This document shows, one piece after another, positions 19,388 through 27,668 of a DNA stretch of 64,000 bases. The position numbers and the translations under genes were made by a program. The DNA lies in IMG/VR virus record IMGVR_UViG_2663763407_000006, positions 12,440-76,439 of that record, one strand, 5' to 3'. Under the pieces are notes generated by a model, which was given only the letters and a program-made list of their open reading frames with translations, was not told where the DNA came from and did not search any database. The number at the start of each line of letters is the position of its first letter. Within the stretch, counting starts at the first letter, position 1. Origin of the DNA: a virus. Its lineage: Duplodnaviria; Caudoviricetes.

Positions 19388-20527
19388 ATGGCTAATAATA
19401 AAAGAGACGATTTCAGCGCCAAAACGATTAGAACTCTACAGGAGAGAGCCGGATGTCGATGCTCTATGCCTGGCTGTGGAGCAGTGACAATTGGCCCCAG
19501 TGAGGAGTCCTCAGAAAAATCTATTAATCTCGGCGTAGCAGCCCACATCTGTGCGGCAGCCCCTAAGGGGAAACGCTACGACCCAAATATGACTACTGAA
19601 GAACGGAGGCATATAGAAAACGGCATTTGGTTATGTGTATTGCATAGCGTTTTAATCGATCGAGATGTCATCAGTTACCCAGTAGAAGTGTTGCACGCCA
19701 TGAAAATAGCTCATGAGGAAGCGATTAAGCTCGAAAATAGGTCAGGGCAAGGATTTCTTCAACTTTCTGATTTTATTGCAATAGGTCCAGATATTGTAGG
19801 GCTTGGTGAACTACTGGGAAGTACCGGTAACAGTTGGTCCATTAGAATTGATCACTTCGTTACTGGCGATATATTAAAGCTCATTAGTTTCATTGAGAGT
19901 TATGAAGAGCAGGAATTTTTGGATCGATACCTCATTATTAATGCACTCGGTGATGGTCGCCAGCTTGCCGCCGCACCTTCATGGCGTAAAGATGGAAAAT
20001 CCATTGAGCTAAAATGCATAGTAAAGAACCGATTTCCACGTAAAAATGTAAACAATTTAGGCTCTACGCTTGCTACGAACGCCTCGAATGACATCTACTT
20101 CATTAATGGGAACTTAGCAGTCGTGAGTGGGATTAAAGCCTTACCTCAAAAAATTAGAACGACTCTTTCCTTGATTCAGGGGGAGTCTCCATTTTTCCCT
20201 AAGGCTGGAACTCGTCTCAAAGAGTATTTTGACGAATTTGAGGATTCACCATGGCTTTTACGCTGGATTAAACTTGAAGTCATAAGACAATCATGCATAC
20301 CCCTCTACGATAAAATTAATAATACAGAGTCGACTCCACTTGAGTGCGTTACTAAAGTTATCGACGTTGTGCCAATATCTAATACTAAAAAAGGTAACTG
20401 GTGTGAGATTAAGTTTAAGCTGGAAGTTGAAGGGATAGGGATTTGGGAAGAAATCCTTTCAATTTGCGTACCGAAGGGGGATATACCTCCTAAACCTAAA
20501 GGTTGGGAGCTATTGGCGATTAAGTAA
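19388..20527 (+). CDS. HNH-type Zn nuclease fused to gp25/GpW-like C-terminal domain
   Basis: RCSMPGC..AAHI..NGIWLCVLH..LID; C-terminal GNLAVVSG..LPQKIRTTLSLIQGESPFFPKAGTRL. Confidence 0.75.
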   Translation: MANNKRDDFSAKTIRTLQERAGCRCSMPGCGAVTIGPSEESSEKSINLGVAAHICAAAPKGKRYDPNMTTEERRHIENGIWLCVLHSVLIDRDVISYPVEVLHAMKIAHEEAIKLENRSGQGFLQLSDFIAIGPDIVGLGELLGSTGNSWSIRIDHFVTGDILKLISFIESYEEQEFLDRYLIINALGDGRQLAAAPSWRKDGKSIELKCIVKNRFPRKNVNNLGSTLATNASNDIYFINGNLAVVSGIKALPQKIRTTLSLIQGESPFFPKAGTRLKEYFDEFEDSPWLLRWIKLEVIRQSCIPLYDKINNTESTPLECVTKVIDVVPISNTKKGNWCEIKFKLEVEGIGIWEEILSICVPKGDIPPKPKGWELLAIK

Positions 20528-20623
20528 TGCAACTTAATCTCTCTACTCGGATTAATGTGACTACCACCCCCACAACAACCCAAACTAACCCGCCATCGTG
20601 TTTGGTAACTTACTGATTTTACG

Positions 20624-20636
20624 TAAGTGATTGATT
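20624..20636 (-). promoter_or_regulatory. IHF site in att arm
   Basis: Minus strand AATCAATCACTTA = WATCAANNNNTTR; near-copy at 20606-20618. Confidence 0.65.
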
Positions 20637-20656
20637 TCCATAATGCCGTGAGAGTT

Positions 20657-20710
20657 TTTAAAATCCCTCGGCTTATGGCTGTGCGGGTTCAAGTCCCGCC
20701 CCGGGCACCA
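20657..20710 (+). pseudogene. leuZ: 3' half of tRNA-Leu(UAA); attachment-site duplication
   Basis: TTTAAAATCCC, long variable arm, GGTTCAAGTCC, CCA end; D-arm and 5' acceptor strand absent. Confidence 0.92.
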
Positions 20711-20754
20711 TGGAAACAAATCTAAGTAAAACAAAGTAGTATGAGTATGTCGTT

Positions 20755-20777
20755 AACCGCCGAGAGGCGGTTTTTTT
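20755..20777 (+). terminator. Intrinsic terminator after tRNA fragment
   Basis: AACCGCC-GAGA-GGCGGTT plus T run. Confidence 0.85.
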
Positions 20778-20792
20778 GTGCCTGAAATCTCA

Positions 20793-20826
20793 TTCCTAAG
20801 ATGTTCCTAACATCATTTCCTAACAT
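20793..20826. repeat. Three TTCCTAA(G/C)AT direct repeats, probable integrase arm sites
   Basis: Copies at 20793, 20804, 20817 between att core and int stop. Confidence 0.65.
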
Positions 20827-20850
20827 GATTTCGGTTATCTGAATAAAAAT

Positions 20851-21867
20851 TCACTTTTTCTGACCGCCTACCACTGGCACAATTTCTGTTTTCCTATCAT
20901 ATCTTGCTGTTTGGGCTGTATTCTTGTGCCCTGAAATGGCTTGCTTCTCTGCGAGGGTTCCCTCTAAGTCTGATATTCCCTTGGCTTTTAAATCATGAAA
21001 CGTGAAATCAAAGTCCAATTCGGAAAATGTTTTTGCGGCCAATAATTTTGCGTTGCGCCACCGACTATTGAAACCATCTCTTGTGTAGCCATGCCCAGAC
21101 CGCTGATGTAGTACATAAATACTGCTCACACCTGGAGCGATTTCTATTCCATCTGCAATTTTGATGGCCTGCTGTAATCTTTCCGTCCATGCCTTGATCT
21201 GTTTCTTTCCTGTTTTCCCTTGCTGTATAAATACCCCGGCATCTATTAGCTGTGACTTTTTTAAGGCGAGGATGTCTGCTTGCCGAGCGCAACAAAGATA
21301 GGCGAGTTCCATTGCCGCTTTTACAATCGGCGGAGCTACGTTGTAGAGAGCGCTATATTCAGCGTCAGTAATGTATCGTTCCCTGCTAACCTCTTTAAAT
21401 TGCTTAACACCCTTGCATGGGTTGCCTTTTACCATTCCCCTCTCATAACCCCAACGATAAACCCGCGATAGGAAAGTTTTCTCACGGTTTGCCTGTGTTC
21501 TACTGGCAACCCCGCGTCTATCCATATATTTCCTGATATGTTCAGGTTTTATGTTGTCTGGTTCCATTTTCCCGAAAACTGGTAATACTCTAAGTGAATA
21601 TTTGCGGTAGTCTTTCTGCGTCTCAACAGCTAACTCATTAAAATCAACAGAGCGGAAAAACTGTTCAATGAGTTTATTCAAGTTGGCTTTTTCTAATGGC
21701 TCATTATTTATTTTTTCGTAGCATGACCATACTTGAGAAATAGGTGCATCCAATGGGCATAGCGATATTGAGCCACCGCGGGCGGGGTGGAATTCATATT
21801 TCGATTTTCCACGATACACCCGAGGTGGTAATGCCGTGTCTGCGGCGTTCTTGCGTTTACCGGCCAC
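20851..21867 (-). CDS. int: Tyrosine integrase
   Basis: CCARQADIL, FHDLKAK, SGHK, TARY. Confidence 0.93.
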   Translation of the reverse strand: MAGKRKNAADTALPPRVYRGKSKYEFHPARGGSISLCPLDAPISQVWSCYEKINNEPLEKANLNKLIEQFFRSVDFNELAVETQKDYRKYSLRVLPVFGKMEPDNIKPEHIRKYMDRRGVASRTQANREKTFLSRVYRWGYERGMVKGNPCKGVKQFKEVSRERYITDAEYSALYNVAPPIVKAAMELAYLCCARQADILALKKSQLIDAGVFIQQGKTGKKQIKAWTERLQQAIKIADGIEIAPGVSSIYVLHQRSGHGYTRDGFNSRWRNAKLLAAKTFSELDFDFTFHDLKAKGISDLEGTLAEKQAISGHKNTAQTARYDRKTEIVPVVGGQKK

Positions 21868-22093
21868 TGTTCATGGCCTCGAAATTGGGTTCTTCTTTTT
21901 CTGGCTCTAGCGGCTTACCGCGTAAACTGATTGGATTCAAAAAATGGCCCCAAGTGGTTTTCGGGTGTCCGTCTGGGCGTCGGATAAAAAAGATCCCCGA
22001 GCGGCGTAAAGAGTCACATTGTTTGGTTTTGTAGTGATGACCGGTCAACTCAATCATCTCCTCTTTGGTGATTATGTCGTGGTCGTTTTTCAT
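21857..22093 (-). CDS. Excisionase-like (DUF4224)
   Basis: ITKEEMIELTG..QC..L...GIFF..RPDG.P; overlaps int start. Confidence 0.85.
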   Translation of the reverse strand: MKNDHDIITKEEMIELTGHHYKTKQCDSLRRSGIFFIRRPDGHPKTTWGHFLNPISLRGKPLEPEKEEPNFEAMNSGR

Positions 22094-22256
22094 GGTCTTG
22101 CCCCTGTATCATTTGGGTTATTGCTCTGTCGGTAGCAGAACAGGCCCGCTGTATATCGTGGTCGGTGAGTTGTTGTTTCCGTACACTGGCTGATAATTTG
22201 CCGATCTTAATATCTAAGTCGGTTAATAGGCGTTTGCCCGGTTGCCATGGCTGCAT
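22050..22256 (-). CDS. Hypothetical protein
   Basis: 68-aa ORF in left operon with AGGG SD. Confidence 0.65.
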   Translation of the reverse strand: MQPWQPGKRLLTDLDIKIGKLSASVRKQQLTDHDIQRACSATDRAITQMIQGQDHEKRPRHNHQRGDD

Positions 22257-22305
22257 GGTGGTTTCCCTGGTGTTGGATTTCCACCATGCTAGCGGGGCAG
22301 GTTGA

Positions 22306-22488
22306 TTATTTCTGATTATGCAAAATCAATTTTTCGGGTGCTTTCTGCGGTGGGGTGCTGCTAATTCGAACATCTACCGGAAAATCGTAGTGAACATCAC
22401 AACGGCGATCAGTGTGGATGGTGCCTGTTCGTCCATCGGGGAGTGTGATATAGGACTTTTCACCGCGTTTGTGAGTACGCTTTAGCAT
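22306..22488 (-). CDS. Small protein with CsrA-like pattern
   Basis: MLKRTHKRGEKSYI vs CsrA MLILTRRVGETLMI; DFPVDVRI vs NAPKEVSV. Confidence 0.55.
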   Translation of the reverse strand: MLKRTHKRGEKSYITLPDGRTGTIHTDRRCDVHYDFPVDVRISSTPPQKAPEKLILHNQK

Positions 22489-22533
22489 GGGTGTTGCCTC
22501 AGTAATGCCCCGTTGGTTTGGGGCGGGATGAAA

Positions 22534-23034
22534 TTAGCGAACCTGCAGGCTACGGCTACCGATCTCGATATGCGCACCTTTAACATCAACACCATTCTCT
22601 ATGGCTTCCTTAATGGCTTTTTTATCGGGCGCTACGGTGGTTTGCACTGTCACCAATTCACTGGACAATAAGTCTTCATTGTCGATCACCACACTGGCCA
22701 CACCTTTGCGTGCGGTGAATGTGTTATACGGCGTTTTAAGTGTGTTCATATCTGCGGCCAATAAGCAGTTAAGGACGTACTGTTTGATCGATTTGGCCCG
22801 ATTCTCGAATGACCTTTTCCGCTCAGCCAGACGTTTAGCTTCCTCATCACAGGTCTTTGCTTGCCCCTCAAGATTGCGAACAAAGACGTAGGTTGCATCC
22901 AGCTTATCCCCCAGGGCACCCTCTAACCCCTCAAGCGTATCGGCGATCATTTCTGGCGTGAGTTCCTCTGAGGACTCAACCAACTGTTGCAGTTTGAAAA
23001 GGTCTGCGGCTAATGCGATTGCTGTATTGCTCAT
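22534..23034 (-). CDS. Siphovirus Gp157 family protein
   Basis: DTLEGLEG..E.KRL.ERK..PDKKAIKEAI..G..V.GA. Confidence 0.9.
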   Translation of the reverse strand: MSNTAIALAADLFKLQQLVESSEELTPEMIADTLEGLEGALGDKLDATYVFVRNLEGQAKTCDEEAKRLAERKRSFENRAKSIKQYVLNCLLAADMNTLKTPYNTFTARKGVASVVIDNEDLLSSELVTVQTTVAPDKKAIKEAIENGVDVKGAHIEIGSRSLQVR

Positions 23035-25229
23035 AATGTCGGCTCCTGTGCGGTAAGTTCAGCAACCCGTTTTTCAGTTAAGCGGTGTAACGCCAGCAGG
23101 CGGGTTTTGAGGTAATTGGCGTGTTCGTGATCGGCTTTGGCTTCTGCATCTTTGCGGTGTACATCAACTTCACGCGCAATGGTGCTGTAAACCTTGTTCA
23201 CTTCGTTGGTGGTGACGGCGCTCGTAATGGTATTGCCTACTTTGGTTAACTTCTCATCCAGCTCTTTGCGCAGACGAACTGAGTCACCGGCTTTCTCACT
23301 TGCGTTCTTGATAGCAAACTCAGCGGCGTTATCAGTGCGGTATCCGAGATCATCAAAAAGACCGAGGAATACATCAGCAGAGAAACCAAGTTGTGACAGT
23401 GCCTTTTTAGTCGCATCCGTTAGTGATTTTTTGGTGACTTCACTATCACAGGTGAGACCGTTTTTGGTGTTGTAGATATATGGGGTGCAACCATATGCAG
23501 GGATTTCGCCACGCTCACCACGCAGGGTGTAGATTAAGCGTATTTTAATGACATGATTGATCTCAGTTAGATAGCCGCCAGATCCGTTGGGTATGACTTC
23601 TTTTATATAATTTCCATCAGCACCTTTGACTGACCGCATGATCGGTGCACCGTTATCAAAGCGTTCTTCTAAAATCTCCACCCGCCAGTTGATACCTTGT
23701 GGCCCAAGCAATTTTGTTGCTTGCATAACCATATAGGTGCCGTTAATCGACGTGCCACCACCGTTATTTGAGAATGCTTTAGTAAAGCGTTCATCGGTTC
23801 TTTGCACCGAGCGCCACAGATTCATGTTGTCCTGCACATCTTGTGGCTGTGAAGATATATCCTCTTCAATGATGACGGCTCGCTGCTGAAATTCATCAGC
23901 AGTAACATCTACAGTAGGAATAGCGCTTTGCTGCGCCTCTTCAATAACCTCTGTCGGCTTCTCCTCAACTGAGGCATAAACGCTGTAACCCAACTGATCC
24001 AACGTCTCTTTAGCCTGTTGAGCTGCGTTATCAGTGATAGGTTCCAGTTCAGGGTTTTCCTGTTCTGTTTCAACAATTGGCGGTTTTGTTTCAGTTTCTG
24101 GCTCAGAATTGGCAACCAGCGCCAGTTTTGTTTCATTGTTTGCCGCTGGTTGCGGTTCACCACCGGCTAGACCATCAATAGAGAACTTGCCATCACCCAG
24201 ATTGGTTACTGCGGGTTGTGGGTTTTTAACGGCTAAACACTGAGTGATAAATTCCTTTCGTGCTGAGGCATCGGTCAGGAAGATAGGTTGCTTTTTACCC
24301 GCGCGGATCACTTCAAAGATGCTTTCACGTGGAATAGATAACACATTGTTGCGAACGCGAAAATCGGTTGACCATTTACGCCAGGCATCATCATTGTTAT
24401 CCATCAGCTCTTTTGCTTGCTTCATCTCTGCCGACATGACATCCCAGCAGTTAAAATCAGCAGGCAATAAGGCGAGAGCGACTTCGAGATCGAGCGTTTT
24501 ATATGTGTGCTCAAAGCTGCGTTTGATTGGCGCATCAGGAGCCGGCGTGTCAATACGGGCAACTTTTTTAGTACCGGTTAACTCGTCACGATTGCTGGGT
24601 TCATTAACCCATTTTTCAGCAAAGCTACGTACTTCCCTGAATCCAGGTATTTTGGGGAATTTCTTATTTATCGCATCAATAAGATTTTTAATTGACTGCG
24701 GATACATCGCGCCAATTGCAGGAATACATGTGAGCGCCATGTATATCGAACTTATTTCCGGCTCAGCGTCGTCATCATTAATTAAGTCATACACAAGTGA
24801 TAGCTCATGTGAATCAATGTCACGCGCACCGTACAACATTACGCTACCAACTTTAGCTCCAATACCCAGTTTGTTGAAATCAACCGGAGTAGTAGTAGTA
24901 ATGTCCTCACTTACCTCGCCGTTGTCTTCATTACCATCCTCAGGCAACGGTACAGCATTAGGCGTCCATACTTTGCCATCAAAGGTATTATCCTGTGCGA
25001 ACTGCTCATCGAACTCACCAACAACCGGGCGCGGTTGCCCGACAGTATCCTCACAGATTTTCGGATCAGCAAAGTTATCACCGGCAGCGGGGTAGGCTTC
25101 CCATAATTTCCCGATGGCCAGTGCGGATGCCATTTTCTTATTTATGGCTTCCAGAGCTATAACAAGCGGTATAGCCCCATTTTTGAGAGCCGCTTTTTTC
25201 GGCTCGAATAAACAAATAAATACAGTCAT
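23031..25229 (-). CDS. RecE-like N-terminus fused to Rad52/Sak-like annealase
   Basis: HTYKTLDLEVALALLP (RecE-like); TSING.Y..ATKLLGPQG..W and KKSLTDATKKALSQLGFSADVFLG (Rad52-like). Confidence 0.75.
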   Translation of the reverse strand: MTVFICLFEPKKAALKNGAIPLVIALEAINKKMASALAIGKLWEAYPAAGDNFADPKICEDTVGQPRPVVGEFDEQFAQDNTFDGKVWTPNAVPLPEDGNEDNGEVSEDITTTTPVDFNKLGIGAKVGSVMLYGARDIDSHELSLVYDLINDDDAEPEISSIYMALTCIPAIGAMYPQSIKNLIDAINKKFPKIPGFREVRSFAEKWVNEPSNRDELTGTKKVARIDTPAPDAPIKRSFEHTYKTLDLEVALALLPADFNCWDVMSAEMKQAKELMDNNDDAWRKWSTDFRVRNNVLSIPRESIFEVIRAGKKQPIFLTDASARKEFITQCLAVKNPQPAVTNLGDGKFSIDGLAGGEPQPAANNETKLALVANSEPETETKPPIVETEQENPELEPITDNAAQQAKETLDQLGYSVYASVEEKPTEVIEEAQQSAIPTVDVTADEFQQRAVIIEEDISSQPQDVQDNMNLWRSVQRTDERFTKAFSNNGGGTSINGTYMVMQATKLLGPQGINWRVEILEERFDNGAPIMRSVKGADGNYIKEVIPNGSGGYLTEINHVIKIRLIYTLRGERGEIPAYGCTPYIYNTKNGLTCDSEVTKKSLTDATKKALSQLGFSADVFLGLFDDLGYRTDNAAEFAIKNASEKAGDSVRLRKELDEKLTKVGNTITSAVTTNEVNKVYSTIAREVDVHRKDAEAKADHEHANYLKTRLLALHRLTEKRVAELTAQEPTL

Positions 25230-25284
25230 GTTGGTCTTGCCTCTTTGGTTTTTAAACGGATCTTGGTCTTTGATGTATGACTAA

Positions 25285-25620
25285 TTAAAAAGGAATTTCG
25301 GTATCATCAGATACGTTCGATGGAGTGCTGTGCTCGATGCATAGCAACGCCTGAATCTGATCATCAATTAGTGACTGCTTACGATATGACTCAGCCGCAA
25401 TCTGTTCCTTTTTGCTATGGAGTGAATCGACATGCTTGCTGATGATTTCAAAAGGGTCGGGTTCGTCAAAAGGAATCGTAATTTCTCGGGTTTCGAGTAA
25501 AACATGCGCTGGCTCAACCTGTGACATGTCACAGGTGTACACGGTAAAGCGATCATCTTTTGATGTTGAATATGGATTGGTATGGATGTAGAGCTTGGTG
25601 GTTATCTGTAGTGCTGTCAT
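25285..25620 (-). CDS. Hypothetical protein
   Basis: AGGAG SD before ATG 25620; ends with SSB-like acidic tail DDTEIPF. Confidence 0.75.
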   Translation of the reverse strand: MTALQITTKLYIHTNPYSTSKDDRFTVYTCDMSQVEPAHVLLETREITIPFDEPDPFEIISKHVDSLHSKKEQIAAESYRKQSLIDDQIQALLCIEHSTPSNVSDDTEIPF

Positions 25621-25629
25621 AGCAACTCC

Positions 25630-25638
25630 TGATATACT
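25630..25638 (+). promoter_or_regulatory. Extended -10 promoter antisense to left operon
   Basis: TG-A-TATACT; purines 7-8 nt downstream; no good -35. Confidence 0.6.
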
Positions 25639-25644
25639 TATTTT

Positions 25645-25762
25645 AAGATTGATGGCGTAAGCCGTTGGTCTTGCCTCTGTTAACGGGTTGGTCCCCGTTA
25701 GCTTCCCGGTTAACTTTGGTCGGTGACCCGGGGTAAAGAAGCCCACTTCGGTGGGTTTTTTT
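25645..25762 (+). ncRNA. Predicted antisense sRNA targeting early-gene RBSs
   Basis: Promoter, GUAA-capped GU-rich stem, two UUGGUC-loop hairpins, cUUCGg terminator with U7; seed complementary to repeated RBS motif. Confidence 0.7.
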
Positions 25763-25930
25763 ACGTCTGTAATTTGGTGCCCATTACGCCGGGCCAGCGG
25801 GTCAGATCTTCGGTCTTGCCTCACCACACTTTCCCGTCGTGGCTACGTTATTGGTTTGGGCTGCTGCACTGTGGTAATCATGCCGAGCCTTGGCGCGGGG
25901 TTCTCCTCCAATGCAACAACCCAAATTCTG

Positions 25931-26086
25931 TTATTGCCGTACTTTGACTACTTGATAATCACGGCCAGTATTACGTGCGTAATCATCAGCTTCTTTGCGA
26001 GTTGGGTAAGTATTTCCGTTAGCCCACATTCCACAGTAGCGATATTGGATCTGGAATTTACTCGCTTGCTTTTTAGTTGCTTTCAT
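25931..26086 (-). CDS. Small basic hypothetical protein, first gene of left operon
   Basis: GAGGG SD before ATG 26086; 51 aa. Confidence 0.6.
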   Translation of the reverse strand: MKATKKQASKFQIQYRYCGMWANGNTYPTRKEADDYARNTGRDYQVVKVRQ

Positions 26087-26236
26087 AACTTCCCTCTTTT
26101 GCCGTCTTCCCGGCTGCCAGAACGTACTAAACCTAAACTTGCGAATCATCCGGTGTTTCGTATGCCACCGGCAGCTACTTCGTGGGCGTCCTGCCTGTTC
26201 GCATCGGCTACTGTGCCGTGTTGATGAAAACAATTA

Positions 26237-26274
26237 AACACTTTGGTTGTATTTATGTCAACAACTTTGGTTGT
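26237..26274. promoter_or_regulatory. OL operators (two 14-bp ACAA-N6-TTGT-type sites) at pL
   Basis: AACACTTTGGTTGT 26237 and ACAACTTTGGTTGT 26261, matching OR sites; minus-strand TTGACA between them. Confidence 0.8.
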
Positions 26275-26443
26275 ATTTTATGGCGAATTGGTTTTATTTG
26301 TGTTTTCTTAGCTTTAGTTTGGTTATGCTTTTTTGAATTTTTTAGAGGTTAATCAAGTAATGAAGGCTAAATTTAGGTAGGCGTTTATGACGTAGGGATT
26401 CATGTATGCGCCCCTCCAATGAGAAGGGGCAGGAAATGGATTA

Positions 26444-27601
26444 CTATTTTTTCTTGTTTCTGAAATTATCATCGTCCATACAGTAATTGTATGAATCCAA
26501 GATTAGCCCGGATAATCGTAAAATATTTTCAGGGCGATCTATTATAATTTGATTGCCTGGAGCTAGCTCAAGTCCCGCTCGCTCAACTTCTGCAATAGCT
26601 TTTTCATCTAATTCAATTGGTAAGATTATCGATGGTCGCTGTTTACTATCAAAATAGCGTACAACCCAACGGTTTGATTTTCCTTGGCAAAGAATATTGT
26701 AATAACTGGCTGTGTCTTTTGCTGAAATATCAGCCTGTTCACCAAGTAATAGTTGAATATTACTAAAAAATAACCTTTCGTTATGCGTAGTAACTATATT
26801 TGAATTTTCAGGATCCACGACTGACGCAGTTTCATCTATTTTTTTCAGCTCTGGTGCTAGTGCGACTTCAACATCTTTGTCTTTGTTGGAAGCCATTGAT
26901 AGCCCAGAAACTACCATTGCACTAACAGCTCGTTCTACTGCCATTTTTACTAGTGGTGTAATTGTGTCGAGAAACTTTTGGTTCAACTGTCGTTGTACGC
27001 TAGAGCGACTTGCAACATAGCGGACAAAATCAGCATCAACATTCCTTAAACTATCACTGATAACATCAGTAAATGCTGATAAGTATATGCTTTCTTCAGC
27101 TAAGGTTCGAAGTGCTTCTGGTTGGAACTGGTCGTGACGGAATTGATATAGCTGATGAGCATCAGAGTCCGATGCTTCATCTACATCAATCTGTAGGAAT
27201 GGAGAGGCATCCATAATATTTCTTTGCTTAAGGTCGGTAAAGAAACGCCATTGGGTGCCATTAGTTATAGCTGCAATAGTGACCTCAGGTGTCGCGTTAA
27301 AGTATCTAGAAAGCTGAGGGCAATGGTTATCAAGTTTCTGATTATAGCCCTTGGCCTCAATAAACATGACAGGAACACCATGGCAAAATAGGGCATAGTC
27401 GACTCGTTCACCTACTTTAACACCAGGGAAATCAGCGCCATATTCTGCTTTAACTTTCGTTGGGTCATAAGAGTTAAAGCCAAGAATATCTAACATTGGC
27501 AATATTAATGCTTGTTTAGTCGTTTCTTCGGTAGAACAATGATGGCTTACTTTTTTTACGTGATCAGAGTGCGCTCTTAATTTCTCAGCGAATATCTTCA
27601 T
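26444..27601 (-). CDS. HsdR N-terminal-like PD-(D/E)xK nuclease domain protein
   Basis: EETTKQALILP..LG, VDYAL..MFIEAK, QLSRYF, TNGTQWRFFTD. Confidence 0.85.
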   Translation of the reverse strand: MKIFAEKLRAHSDHVKKVSHHCSTEETTKQALILPMLDILGFNSYDPTKVKAEYGADFPGVKVGERVDYALFCHGVPVMFIEAKGYNQKLDNHCPQLSRYFNATPEVTIAAITNGTQWRFFTDLKQRNIMDASPFLQIDVDEASDSDAHQLYQFRHDQFQPEALRTLAEESIYLSAFTDVISDSLRNVDADFVRYVASRSSVQRQLNQKFLDTITPLVKMAVERAVSAMVVSGLSMASNKDKDVEVALAPELKKIDETASVVDPENSNIVTTHNERLFFSNIQLLLGEQADISAKDTASYYNILCQGKSNRWVVRYFDSKQRPSIILPIELDEKAIAEVERAGLELAPGNQIIIDRPENILRLSGLILDSYNYCMDDDNFRNKKK

Positions 27602-27668
27602 ATTTTCCTTTAACTCTTAGGTTGAGTGACACTCCTACCCTCATTGGACTACTTAGAAGTTAGAGCTA

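Larger units (their letters stand above)
1..20656. mobile_element. P2/186-like prophage (right part; continues left of window)
   Basis: P2-type gene order V-S-R-lysis-X-L-M-N-O / P-Q-cos-A-B-cII-apl / cI-int, ending at a tRNA-Leu 3' fragment. Confidence 0.96.

Noticed and set aside
20641-20710. Functional tRNA-Leu gene
   Set aside because: 5' half (acceptor strand, D-arm, 5' anticodon stem) is missing; it is an att remnant
24244-25095. 283-aa + strand ORF and many similar opposite-strand ORFs in the track
   Set aside because: Antisense shadows of well-supported genes with no motifs
26141-26202. Hammerhead ribozyme
   Set aside because: Lacks a correctly placed CUGANGA/GAAA core
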